Shown: piece by piece, positions 13,661 through 26,600 of the stretch | How positions within the stretch are numbered: the first letter of the stretch is position 1 | How the letters are laid out: every line of letters begins with the position of its first letter | NCBI GenBank assembly: GCA_000934665.2 | Contig: JYFJ02002710.1 | Span: 1 to 52,290 of the forward strand | DNA length: 52,290 bases | Direction of reading: 5' to 3' | Origin: Catajapyx aquilonaris | Lineage: Eukaryota | The notes under the pieces: model-generated | What the model was told of the DNA's origin: nothing | Databases searched by the model: none | What the model saw: only the letters and a program-made list of their open reading frames with translations | Position numbers and translations under genes: made by a program

Positions 13661-14299
13661 TATGCTGCGGACAGGTGATGGTAACAATAAATAGCTGTAC
13701 GTAGGGCTTATCTTATTGACAGGCAGGTGTGTGGCCAATATTTAGCAACTGGTTGCTGGGCCGAACAATATACCCGCGATGCTCATTGTATGCATATCTG
13801 CTAGGACATTGTTGTGTAACTACGCGTTATGTAAAATTGAAGTGCGGAACTTTACACCTTTGTATCGGCGCACTTAGATAACATCAAGGTTGATTGCACT
13901 TGACTTAAGATACGCGTGATAATTGCATTTGCGCCTTGTACAGTACCTGATGAGCTCAAGGCATGCTAACCACTTGATCTAAATGTGGAGCGGATGTTAT
14001 CTCTGTGTGTTTTTTTTAAAGCAAAGATTACAACGTTGGAGGCTGTAATTACAAGAGGCACTTCAAGCGGATATATCTGTACCGCAACACGTATAGGAAG
14101 AAAAATACATAACCGCGATAATAGCTTAGGGGTTGAGACTCTGCCAATCAGATATCAAAAGTGAAGTGTTTGTATAATGCTCCCGATAATAACAAAAAGG
14201 CAAGTGGTTTGACCTTTGTGACACGGAAAAGTTTCACGTAACTATATGAAAGCCTAGATCATGATTTATTTTTTATTTTTAGGGTTAGATCAGCACAAT

Positions 14300-14380
14300 G
14301 GGGCAGAGTTTGGTCGTCCCCCGGTTTCGTCTCGGGTGGGATTTCCCGGTAGACTAACCACCCAGGGGAATGCACGAAAC
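14300..14380 (+). mobile_element. Fragment of a putative tRNA-derived SINE (copy 1)
   Basis: GCAGAGTTTGG...GGTTTCGTCTCGGGTGGGATTTCCCGGTAGACTAACCACCCAGGGG matches the reverse complement of ~17362-17440. Confidence 0.5.
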
Positions 14381-14459
14381 GGAGTACAAACCAGGACAAT
14401 ACAAACAAACGAACATTTGCTGCCTCTTGTATTATTCTCGCGTCTAAATGAACGTTAGT

Positions 14460-15110
14460 TATTTATTAATTCGCCTTACTCCAATAATTATTGATGAACT
14501 ATTGTTATTAATTAATAAATAAGAGTAATTAACTACAAAATAACGAACAAATCCAATCAACTGCTTATTAATTATTAATAAGCAGTTGCTACACAATTCA
14601 TAAATATCTAAGAGCTATTAACTAATAAATAACACATTAATAACTAATAAATAACAACTATTAACAACTAATAAATAACAGTTTAACTAATAAATAACAC
14701 ACTTATTAATAACTGATAAATAGCTCACAAATATATGTACAATAAATAACATATATCCTAAAGACATAATAAATAACTTATAAGGAACTAATAAATAACG
14801 AATAAATAACGGACAAGGAATTAATAAATAACAGACAAGGAATTAATAAATAACCTACGTAAGGAACTAATAAATAACTAATAAAACCTAGCTAATAAAT
14901 AAGTAAATAATAAATAAATAATAAATAAATAAATAATAAGTAAATAAGTATAACTAATAAATAAATAAGTATAACCATTAGCTCTTGGTATAACTAATAA
15001 ATAAATATATAAATAAATAAATAAGTATAACTAATAAATAAATAAATAAGTATAACTAATAAATAAATAAATAAGTATAACTAATAAATAAATAAATAAA
15101 TAAACAAATA
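14460..15110. repeat. (AAAT)n / ACTAATAAATAA low-complexity repeat
   Basis: Visible long runs of AATAAATAA and ACTAATAAATAA. Confidence 0.85.
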
Positions 15111-17359
15111 ACTGAATAGACCAAATATAGAAGCCTTTAACTCTCCAAGGTCAGGTCTATTCTTATTGCGGATATTGTAACAATGAGGCATGTTCATAAC
15201 CGGTATAATAGACGTCTCTATTATATTCATGGCGATTGTTGTTGAGTGGCGGGTCCGGGAGAGAAAGAAAGAAAAAACACACAATTTCCGTCTCTCTTTT
15301 TTTTTTTGCGCAGGTATATATTGTTTCAGTGTCGGTTTAAAATTCAGATCATACATGTTAAATTGTGTCTCTGAATACAAAATTCATCATCCTGCAGGAA
15401 GCGTGGCAACTGCGCAGGAATAATGTGCAAGCCCTTGGGATTTGCTAGGCAAAACAACTGATGATCGTTGTTTTTAAAATGTTCCAGAAATTGCCTTATG
15501 ATCAGTATGACCTTATGGGTTTATTTTCGAACTGGTTTATTTCATTGTTGCGAATTATTTTTTTGTGTGGAATTCATTACATGCGGTTGAAGTACTTTAG
15601 GTGTACTTGGCAATTGACGTAGATATATATATTTTATACGATATAAGTTGTAGAATGTACTGAGATTTCAACAATATGCACACTATTTTTTTTAGCAAGC
15701 ACTGTCAATAATTGCGATCGTATGCAGTAAGGTACTTCAGGTTTGTACTTAGATATTGACGTAGATGCATTTTATATTACAACGAAAATTTTACAGTAAT
15801 TATAACTAAAATAACTATAAGTATCATATAATACAATGCAATAAAGGATACGCACAGAGTTTCTCGCAAGTACTATCAATCGCGAGCATAATGACATTTC
15901 GCAAAAAGAATAGTGCAGACCAAATAAGGGACTTTCACCGTGCAAAAAAACCGGTTTCCAATTTTTTTAAAAATAGCGAGCAGCAATAACTCACCTGACT
16001 CTCTTCGTACAGGGACACAGTTGTTGCTTTTGCTGTCCCGACTCCCTCTGCGGTATTAACGCCCAACCTTGACAACCTCTTGCTCAAGTACCAGCAGCAT
16101 ATTACCCTCACCCCCACCACCACCACCACCCCTTGTGCATAGAGATAGGTGACGTCACTCGTAGGAAGACGATGATCCCACCATTAAATTATCTATCATA
16201 AATGTGTACTTATGTACTTTTCAGTTGACACTGTTAGTTGTGTGTGTACTACAGGGTGGAGCGAACACCAAGTTCAAAATAAAGTTGCTCCTCGTCGTCT
16301 TCCACACACAGCATAACCGGTTGCTAGAGCGAACAATTCGCGCGATGTGGAGACGGGAACTTACTGCAGCATGTCCCGGATTGGAAACGGTACAAATTCC
16401 TCGTCTTGGACATTTGCGCCCTTATAATAATAATAATCGGCATATAGGATCATTTAATTATGCATTATTATTAATACTGTTATTACTTGTAATATTGCGA
16501 ATGATGTTAAATAATTCATTATTAGAGTGTACCCTTGTGGGTGCGCGCCATGCTGTACTTGCCAAGGCGAGTGTGTACAGAGCTGTAAATAATCACGCGT
16601 GAGGTCACATGTGTGATAGCTGCGGTTTGCGGAAGCTTGCATCATTATAGGCGGGTATATTTAGAGCACATCATGTATTAGTTATCACGATGTAGCTGTA
16701 AAATATATAGTGATTCACGTGCGCTATAGTGATGCTGACAGGAATTTTTTCGTGCCTGGTGGTGGTGTAGGTGACGATGAGCACAATTTATAATTGCTTA
16801 AATTAAATACATACGGTAGGCCTACTAATAAAACCGGAATTATTGAAATATATTGAATTGGTCGGTATAAATAAAATATATGCTAAGAAAGTTGCAGTAT
16901 TAATAATTGTTAATAAATTATGAAATACTGATACATAATAACATCATATTGTGTACTGTACTTTAAATTGATATTGGACTAATTTTAAAGGTTTCTTCAT
17001 TTTTACTTGACTATTTCATTACGTAATTATGTAATAAATGAAGAAACAATAACTAAATAGGCTACTACAATGCCATCATAAATAACATGAGCATTATCAA
17101 ACGTAATAAGAAATCATAAACTACAAATATTAATACAGACATAATATGAAGCAGTCGTAAGTATACATATATTAATTAACACGTCATTGTAAAATGTCAT
17201 TAATTTTTTTCCTGTATACCCCGTTATCTGGCCGATAGGCCATTTCTAAGGGAGTGCGGGTTACCACTATTTGTGGTTTGGACATACGTATTTCTAATTG
17301 CTCCAAGGGTAATATTAGGAAGGGATGTGCGAAGTGCAAGTGCAATGTCGTTATATGGT

Positions 17360-17483
17360 CATTTTGTGAACTCCCCCGGGTGGGTTAGTCTAGCGGAAAT
17401 TCCCACCCGAAACGAAGCCAGAGATGGCCCAACTCTGCACGAAAGAAGGTGGGAACCCGGGTGGGGATTGAACCTAGGACCTT
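17360..17483 (-). mobile_element. Putative tRNA-derived SINE (copy 2) with B-box
   Basis: Minus strand reads AGGTCCTAGGTTCAATCCCC (Pol III B-box-like), followed by the body shared with 14300-14380. Confidence 0.5.
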
Positions 17484-17761
17484 AACTTCATAATATTTAG
17501 TAATCAGTATTAATTTTATATTATGTGAAATATATTAATAAATACGTTATTATACAAAATAACTGTCATAAATATCTCATGGCATTTTCAATAGCAGAAG
17601 TTAACTTTAACAGGTATAAACTCATTGCAAATTTATTAGTAGTTTGGTCACAACATGTAGCTCCAAATTACATTTTTAAAAAATCATATTCTCGTTTTAT
17701 TCCGTCTTGCTATCAAGTCTGCAGCCATAAAATGCGTTATTAATTATTAAAAAGAATAATT

Positions 17762-17780
17762 AAAAAAAAGAAAAAAAAAA
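17762..17780 (-). terminator. Pol III oligo-T terminator of tRNA-Ser
   Basis: A-run on the plus strand ~10 nt downstream of the tRNA 3' end. Confidence 0.7.
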
Positions 17781-17789
17781 GAATATTTC

Positions 17790-17871
17790 CGACGAGGATG
17801 GGATTCGAACCCACGCGGGCAGAGCCCATTGGATTAGCAGTCCAACGCCTTAACCACTCGGCCACCTCGTC
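17790..17871 (-). tRNA. tRNA-Ser (anticodon GCT), 82 nt
   Basis: Minus strand GACGAGGTGGCCGAGTGGTTAAGGCGTTGGACTGCTAATCCAATGGGCTCTGCCCGCGTGGGTTCGAATCCCATCCTCGTCG: intact acceptor stem, long variable arm, TTCGAA loop, followed by a poly-T terminator. Confidence 0.97.
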
Positions 17872-18119
17872 TCACGATCCTTCGCCCTTCCAAAGAGACC
17901 CCCTTTCGATCCCAACAATCAAAGCAGCCTGGCAGAGTGGAAAGTTAACAACACTTTAATAATTGCAATAATAATTTCCACACTAAAATTATTGAAAATT
18001 TATGTAACTACCAATCATATGATTTACTACGAAATATATAATATATTATTTTTGAACAGATCCGATGTGGTGGGTGGGAATGCGACCGAGCGCCAATCGA
18101 ACAAAGCCGCGGTCCAAAG

Positions 18120-20657
18120 ATGGCGGAGGAAGAAGGAGAAGTCGAGATGATATCGGAGCAGCCTGGAACCTCCTCATCTGGGAAGGCCTCCGGTGCGGAG
18201 AAGGCCAAGAACAAGATGCCTTGGTCAGTGGTGATGGCCACCCCCACGGATGCCGGGGTCTGGAGTTGGAAGGGGCAAGGGCCTGAAGGGAAAGAGGGAG
18301 TTTCGAACATCCATCAATTTTTTTGTTCTGAACTTTAAGCATTCCCTCAGTTGTTCTTGGCTTTAAAATTATATTTTACAATAAAATTGTGCCTTACATA
18401 AAATAATACTTGGGCCAGTTACATAGGAATTACATTTTATTTGAGTCGTACTGTACATTTGACGGAGACAGCATTTTATTTGAGTCGTACTGTACATTTG
18501 ACGGAGACAGCATTTTATTTGAGTCGTACTGTACATTTGACGGAGACAGCATTTTATTTGAGTCGTACGGTACATTTGACGGAGACAGCATTTTATTTGA
18601 GTAGTACCGTACATTTGACGGAGACAGCATTTTATTTGAGTCGTACGGTACATTTGACGGAGACAGCATTTTATTTGAGTCGTACTGTACATTTGACGGA
18701 GACAGCATTTTATTTGAGTCGTACTGTACAGTTTACGGAGACGGCATTTTATTTGAGTCGTACTGTACATTTGACGGAGACAGCATTTTATTTGAGTCGT
18801 ACTGTACATTTGACGGAGACAGCATTTTATTTGAGTCGTTCAGTACATTTGACGGAGACGGCATTTTATTTGAGTCGTACTGTACATTTGACGGAGACAG
18901 CATTTTATTTGAGTCGTACTGCACATTTTACAGCGAGTACATTACGTAAAGTACATTTCATGAAAGAGGACGGAGACTAATTACGTAAAACATTACATTT
19001 GGGACAAAATGTCAGGCGTATTGCATAAAAATGGGTACTTTTCAAGGGTCGGCCGGTGGGGTTGGAAACTGCATGCTGTACTTGGTAATTGCTTGTAATT
19101 GAGCAGGTGATGGCCTGCAAAGAGAGGGGAAGGAGTGCTCAATCCACCGACTAATTATTTTGCGGTTGCAGGGTTGAAAAGTATAGGCCGCAGACTTTCC
19201 CTGAGATTGTGGGCAACGAGGAGACTGTGTCGAGGCTGGAGGTGTTTGCTAAGCAAGGGAACATGCCCAACATTATCATTGCCGTAAGTTTATTTCGTTG
19301 AACATGCCTGTCCGTTCAATGCACTTGAACAGAGGATTTGTGTTAACCCAAGTTATGTAACACAATCCGGTTTTAAAGTGCTAGATTAACCGTACCGTTT
19401 GTGTACATGAAGCGAGAGCTAGTGTTACCATAACCAAATGATTCATCGAGGTTATGTTATTCCCTACTCGCACACTCATGTTGAGCGTAGTTAGTAGTGA
19501 TAGGCCTCTAGAATATAAGTTCTAATCCTGGTTCTCCGCAGGGACCTCCTGGCGTCGGTAAGACCACCACGATCCTGTGCTTGTGCCGGCGCCTGCTGGG
19601 CTCATCATTCAAGGATGCTGTACTGGAACTGAACGCATCGAACGACCGGGGCATAGACGTGGTACGAAACAAGATCAAGATGTTCGCACAGCAGAAAGTA
19701 ACACTGGAGCCAGGCAGGCAAAAGGTGATCATTCTGGACGAGGCCGACTCAATGACGGAGGGCGCGCAACAAGCGTTGAGACGAACAATGGAACTGTACA
19801 GCCGGACAACGAGGTTGGACAATTACATGGCCATACTGACAAGCTTATTAATGACATACGATATTGCAGATTCGCTCTGGCTTGCAATACGAGCGAGAAG
19901 ATAATCGAGCCTATCCAGTCCCGATGCGCTGTTATCCGCTACTCAAAACTGAGCGATGTGCAAATTTTAGCGAAAGTCATGCAAGTATGCAAGGAGGAAG
20001 AGGTACGACTTGCACATTCCACCCATGATCGCTTTACTAACTAGGTAATTGCAGGTATCGCACACGGATGACGGCCTCGAAGCAATTGTGTTCACAGCGC
20101 AGGGCGACATGCGGCAGGCGCTGAACAACCTGCAGTCTACGTACCAAGGTCTTGGACATGTCTCAAGTGAAAATGTGTTCAAAGTGTGCGATGAACCGCA
20201 TCCGCTTCTGGTGAAACAGATGCTCCAGCACTGCCAAGGAGGAGACTTGGAGGAGGCGTACAAAGTCATGTCGCACCTTTGGCGGCTTGGTTACTCGGCC
20301 GAAGACATAATCGGAAACGTTTTCAGGGTCTGCAAGGGGATGGACATGCCAGAGTGGCTCAAACTACAGTTCGTCAAGGTCGGTTGGGGTTAATTAATTA
20401 GAATAATTACTTTTAATGATATCTAATGACAAAGAATATAATGAATAAAATGACATGAATATAATAATGAAGTGATTGATTGATGAATTAATTACTGAAC
20501 TGATGAATTAATTAATTAGTGAATTAATTGATGTATGGTTGGTTCGTTCCAGGAGATTGGGTTCACTCACATGCGGATTGTCCAGGGTGTACGATCCCTT
20601 CTGCAAATGTCAGGTCTGTTGGCCCGGCTCTGCTTGAAGAGTCAGGAGGTCGCATGA
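18120..20657 (+). CDS. RFC2: Replication factor C subunit 2 (40 kDa), ~349 aa; exons 18120-18223, 19172-19283, 19542-19813, 19870-20002, 20055-20378, 20553-20657
   Basis: PWVEKYRP, Walker [35 protein letters not shown], Walker [11 protein letters not shown] motif (IQSRC), [11 protein letters not shown]; splice phases consistent (1050 nt). Confidence 0.95.
18433..18930. repeat. 39-bp minisatellite, ~12-13 copies, in RFC2 intron 1
   Basis: Head-to-tail unit CATTTTATTTGAGTCGTACTGTACATTTGACGGAGACAG with few substitutions and no spacers. Confidence 0.95.
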
Positions 20658-21024
20658 TGACTGAAATAAAGCGGAGACGTTGCATAAACATTGCAAACAC
20701 AGTATGATTTATATTTTTTTCTACCTTCGAATACGTACAAAACCTACTTCCCTGCAAAAATTATGCACATTAACGTCTGCATTGTTCTGGTTAATTAATG
20801 ATACAGATAGCATTTGCTGGGTTCGTACGTAGCTAATATCTACTTTACATAAATATTGTTTTTACATTTTAATGAGTCATGACTCGTTATGCATTACTGA
20901 CATCTTCCAAGCGACGCTATGCCCAACCCTGTTCATCCCGAGGCGTATGACCTTGTCTCCCGAGATTCCACCCTCGGGCCCTATCCTTTGCCCAATTAAG
21001 GAGAATCCGGCAGTGCGAGCAGAC

Positions 21025-21079
21025 ATGAAAGCGCTTGTGGTCGTGCTGTCTCTGGCTCTACTTGCGGATTCGCAATCAG
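21025..21079 (+). other. Orphan signal-peptide-like exon (MKALVVVLSLALLADSQS)
   Basis: ACATGA start, typical signal peptide, phase-1 GT donor at 21080; no convincing downstream exon identified. Confidence 0.35.
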
Positions 21080-21419
21080 GTCGGTATGCGTTTGTATTAA
21101 TCAATTAAACGAACCAGTAGAGCTTACTTACTTGGCTAGATAACAGTAACAAACAGGCCTGGCATTATGGGATTATTACCACAATTTTTAATGAAGTGTG
21201 TGCAAATTTTACGTACATTTATGTGCAATTTGTGCCCATTTCACCCTTAATTTTTGTACGCTTAATCATAATTTTTGTCCACTCTATGCTTAATTTTTTG
21301 TACATGCTTCATTTTTGTACCTGTATGCATAATTTTTCGTACATATCCGTAATTTGTGTATACTTATGTCTAATTTAAGCACGTAGTTTCATTTCTGCAC
21401 AATTTATGCATAATTTGTC

Positions 21420-21810
21420 GCTCATTTCATCCATCATTTTTGCACATTTCATCCCGAATCTTGGCACTGCATTACAATTAATTTTTTAGCACATTTCATC
21501 CCTAATTTTGGCACTGCATTACGCTTAATTTTTTGCACATGTCATCCCGAATCTTGGCACTGCTTTACGCTTAATTTTTTGCACATTTTATCCCTAATTT
21601 TGGTGCTGCTTTACCCTTAATTTTTGCACATTTCATCCCTAATTTTGGCGCTGCATTACACTTAATTTTTGCACATTTCATCCCTAATTTTGAGGCTACA
21701 TTACGCTTAATTTTTTGCACATTTCATCCCTAATTTTGGCGCTGCATTACGCTTAATTTTTTGCACATTTCATCCCTAATTTTGGCACTGCTTTGTGCTT
21801 AATTTTTGTA
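21420..21810. repeat. ~41-42-bp tandem repeat, ~9 copies, within a larger degenerate T-rich repeat (~21180-21990)
   Basis: Unit ~TTTTGCACATTTCATCCCTAATTTTGGCRCTGCATTACGCTTAAT. Confidence 0.9.
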
Positions 21811-22743
21811 CCTTTATCAGACCTTTATGCATAATTTGTCGGCTTGTCGCACATTTTGGCACACATTTTATCCATAATTATTTTTGCGTATATTTTATGC
21901 CGAATTTTCGCCAATTTTATGCCTATAATATTCGAGCTAATTTTGGGTCCGTTTTTGTGCACAATTTTCACACAATATTTTTGCAAGACAATCGCACACA
22001 TATCGGCTTGGAGTACCTATTGTGTTTCAAACCAACCTGTGCGAAAAACATTGCGAATTGAACCAACCCCTGCTCAACACTCCGTCAGTGGGGAATCCCC
22101 TCAGATCGCAGTTGCCAAATTTATACTACAACACAGCCAACAGTGCAAACGTATGGACGTGGCAACCTTTGCACACCTTTGCATTTTTGTGCAAAAAAAA
22201 AAAAAAAAGAGGCGAGGTAAATTTTGCGCAGCATCGCTTTGTTATTTTTTTTAATGGACCAAACGCGAACCGGTCTCAGTGTACGACAGTGTGGTAGTTC
22301 GGGTAGTTCCTATCAACCAGTATTAATCTCAGTTGTAGCTCAATGGGGGCAGGTAAGGAGGGGGGTTTAGAGCCGGTGTTAGGACCGGTATTGCCAAAAA
22401 AATACCGGTATTATTTGCAAAAAAAATATTTCGCAAACGGTATACACACGGCCATGTGCTTTTATATACAAGGCCGGGCGCCATATCCTGCCCGTTACAC
22501 TTTTTTTTAGGCACATTCAATACCGTCGTACATTTAAAAAAAAAATCGTGCTGTAATTCAACAAATAATTGCGCCATTAATTTTAAATGCGGTTTGAATA
22601 ATTAGCTCGGGGATCATGGCTCCAAAAATCATTAACTATAAAAATTTAAGTACATATTGACACCGATATACTTTAAATTAAATAATTAACGTCCGATTTC
22701 AGTGCTAAAAATGGTTGTAATTAGGCTCGCTTTAATTAAGAGA

Positions 22744-23301
22744 GTGACGTCATGAAAGTTGTTGTGCTCGGGACGCGGTCGTGACGTCACATCACCACAT
22801 GGCACTTTTAAAATATTGTTTTATTCGAATAATTTAAAATACATTATTTCAGCTCAATCAGGTCATACTCTATTTTTAACTAATTTAAGTCGCGTTCCGG
22901 TGTTAATTGTAATTAAAACAAAGGCCGTGAAGTCATGAACAACTGGTGACGTCACTGAACCACAATCCGGCTTCTTAATCAAATTTAAACCCGGTGGTAC
23001 TAACGGGGTACTAACTAGAACGCATTTAAATGTAATTAATTTAAACCCCCGCACATTATGTCGTTTAAACCGGCAACAAAGCGTGTGACGTCATGGTCAA
23101 TGCTAGTGACGTCACAGCACCGATCAGCAACATGGCGGTTAAATGCCCTGTTTAATCCCAGTTAATTAAACATGCTGTGTGGTACTGAACGGATCGTAAT
23201 TGAATTTAGCGAATTTGCAGCTCATTTTGGTGTTAAATAGGTTGTAATTAAGGACGTTCGATTCGGGTTTGAAGCCAGTGACGTCATAATCCAAGATGGC
23301 G
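22744..23301 (+). promoter_or_regulatory. Promoter region of the DIP1-like gene: six CRE/ATF palindromes plus two YY1-like motifs
   Basis: TGACGTCA at 22745, 22782, 22947, 23086, 23107 and 23279; AACATGGCGG ~23129 and AAGATGGCG ~23293. Confidence 0.65.
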
Positions 23302-23603
23302 ACGGCGACGCTTGCGTGAAATTCTTTTTTTTTCTTCCGTTTCCGTTGTTCTTCTGGGCTGCCCCCCTACCACTTCCATTGTGCCCGATTGTGGTGAAAA
23401 CGCCCTGTTTTTGGTGCGTGTCCCTACCCCCGTCCAACAACGCAAAAGGTTGTGCGGAGCTGTACATTCCGGCCAGCAGCCAGGAGGATTACAAGAACAA
23501 GAAGGAGAGGAAGCCTAGCCGCACCCGCTGCCTCTTACTAGTCATCGGATCGGTCTCATCCTTGTCCCTGATCGCTAGCTGCGTCTCCCTGGGCCTACAA
23601 GCC

Positions 23604-26600
23604 ATGCCCTTCAGAGGCGGTTACACTCCCAGGCCAGGTACACACACACGGAACAACAAAAAAAGGTTTTTGAGAGAGAGAGAGAGAGAGGGAGGGGGGG
23701 TGTGTATAAAAGGAACCAGACCGGTTTGGGTAAGAAAGGTAATAGAAAAGGTTCTTTTTTTTTCTTCCCTCCTCCCCATCTTGTTTGTTTGTAAGGAGAA
23801 GGTCCCCCCCCCCTGTCCTCCTCTCCAGCCTATTGAATATGGGGAAAGGGACGGTTGGGGGCTTCATTTGGTGCTGGGGAAGGGAGCGGCCAACACTCTG
23901 GAAGAGACACGGATAATGGCATGGGTTCATTTGCACATTTGCGGGGGCGTACGGGATGCATGGCCAAGTACCGGTTGCATGGGGGCGTATGGGGCGCAGC
24001 ATGGCCAAGTATCATTTGTGGGGGGGGGCGTACCAAGCGCGTACTGGTTGCGGGGGTGTACTGGACACGTACTGGTCATGAGGGCTTAGTACTAGTTGCG
24101 GGGGCGTACCGGACACGTACTGGTTATGAGGGCCTAGTACCAGTTGCGGGGGAATACCGGACATGTACTGGTTGCGGGAGCCTAGTACTGTACCAGTTGC
24201 AGGGGCATACCGGGGATGTACTGGTTGCGGGGAGCGTACCGGATATGTTCTGGTCATGAGGGCCTAGTACCAGTTGTGGGGGCATACCGGACATGTACTG
24301 GTTGCGGGAGCCTAGTACCAGTTGCAGGGGCATACCGGGCATGTACTGGTTGCGGGGCATACCAAACATGTATGGTCATGAGGGCTTCGTACCAGTTGTG
24401 GGGGCATACCGAACATGTACTGGTTGCGGCAGCCTAGTACCAGTTGCAGGGGCATACCGGGCATGTACTGGTTGCGGGGCATACCAAACATGTATGGTCA
24501 TGAGGGCTTCGTACCAGTTGTGGGAGCATACCGAACATGTACTGGTTGCGGCAGCCTAGTACCAGTTGCAGGGGCATACCGGGCATGTACTGGTTGCGGG
24601 GCATACCAAACATGTATGGTCATGAGGGCTTCGTACCAGTTGTGGGGGCATACCGAAAATGTACTGGTTGCGGCAGCCTAGTACCAGTTGCAGGGGCATA
24701 CTGGGGACGTACTGGTTGCGGGGCGTACCAGATGGTCAGGATGGCCTAGTACCAGTTTAGGGGGCATACCGGGCACGTACTGGTTGCGGGGGCGTACCGG
24801 GCGTGTACTGGTTGTATGGAAATGTACTGGTTCATATTCGTTTCCAAAGGCAGCTCGGATTGCCGTGCCTTTGTGTCACAATTGACCGAGAGTGCCAGAC
24901 GACTGGGTGCAGGGATGTACTTGTTGGGGTGCAACATATTTAAGAGGCAGCGGTGCCATGGATTTGTTTGTAATTGCTGAAAGTAACTGGGTTAATGGGT
25001 GTGTACGTGACTGGCTACGTACAGGTTGTGGGAGTGTACTGGTTAAATGGCGTGCACAGTATTTGTTTTAAAAGGCAGCTTGCCATTCCTTGTTGAAAGT
25101 AATTGGGGTTCATTATGTGTATCCAAACGGGTTAAGTCACTTATGAAGCCTTTGTTTGTAATTGCCGAAAGTTGCTGGGTTAATATCTGCGTATGCTACT
25201 GGCCATGTACCGGTTAAACAGGGCGTACTGGTTGCATACTGCTTCCATGATCATGTACGGATTAATTGATACATACGCAGAGACTGAAGTGAAGTCTGGT
25301 CAAAGTCCAAGTCTGGTTCTTGGGAACCCACTACAGTATCAAGTGACTAACCGCTTGGCGTACACGCAATGGAAAGGCCTAATCGACACCGGAATGCCTT
25401 TAGCGAGATAACTGCATAAATGTTGCGTACACTTTGGTCTCCATAAGATGCCCTGTACATTGTTTTGCGCAATGCAAATATGACACATCACAGCTTGTTT
25501 GTCAGCCTGTGTTATGAGAGAGTAACAACTGCTGGCCGTAATTCTTTGTACATTTCCATAAGTAAATCATGTCTCGTCCGTTGGCCTTCAGATAAGGCTC
25601 TAGGAGCGATAGTTGCCTTCATTGTACGAACTGATCACTTTCGCTACTTCACGTTGCGGCATGTGTTGTTTTCTTCGGTAGAGGTCACTTACGCTAGTTG
25701 GGCTTCGTTTTCTGGCGCGATGTATTAAGTTGGTAAACACTTATCCGATTGTTAGGGCGATCAGCGATTGGTTGTGGTACTTGCAATGTTCCTGGTATGT
25801 TGTTGAAATCCATACCTTGCAGCATGTAATTTTAGCGAATATAGCCTTCTAGCCAACATTTTCGCCTGATCGTTTTAAGAGCATTACACATGCTTTAATT
25901 ACCATTTTTTAATTTTGCTTGGGCATTGATGGTGTGTGGTGGATTTTTTTGTAGTGTATTGCTTCTAGTTCTAATCTATTTGGCTTTTATTTTTTCCCGC
26001 TTGTAGAACTTAACTTGCAAATTGCTTTCCTCCAGGCTATGTGAGTAGACATCGCCCTACCCTGTCGAGCCTACTTACTCCGACACTAAACCAGTTACGA
26101 GCATGGCCATCCTACCCCAGCTTCTACCGGGTCCCATTCACCTTAATCGGTACTGTGGTCATGAAAAGAGCGAGTAACCCGCCTCCAGACGGGGCTACGA
26201 GGTTCGCTTGGTTTGCTTCTGTCGGGGTCACGAAGCGCTGAACCTCGTAGCCCCCCAGCAAATGTGCTAATTACGGTTTAAGTGAGTGAGTGTATGTACA
26301 CAGTTTGGTCGCATTCCTCAACCACGAGGTGGCCCATTGGCGAAAAAGCCTTCCTCGTCTGGTACGTCCTCCCTGCCCACCGGTAACGCCAGCTTTGCCA
26401 AGCGCGCCACACCCATGAAAAAGTGTGGGACTCCAAACGTTGGTCAGGCTTCCTCGCGATGGGTACCCGCAGGTAATTTTTGAAAAAATAGTCCAGACAT
26501 GTTTGGGTTTATGTGCAATTGTCTTGCAAGTCATGCGATGCAGGTACCGCAGTAATTGCAGCGTTTAACTAAACGACTGTGGTAGTTTATTATTTGATTG

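Noticed and set aside
18433..18930. CRISPR-like array or repeat-protein ORFs (146-179 aa)
   Set aside because: Contiguous 39-bp units with no unique spacers and no cas genes, inside a eukaryotic intron; the ORFs arise because 39 is divisible by 3.
23316..24089. 257-aa ORF
   Set aside because: Runs through 5' UTR, the short first coding exon and intron 1 (GA microsatellite, homopolymers); low-complexity translation.
24012..24885. Numerous repetitive ORFs
   Set aside because: Products of the intronic 122-bp satellite.
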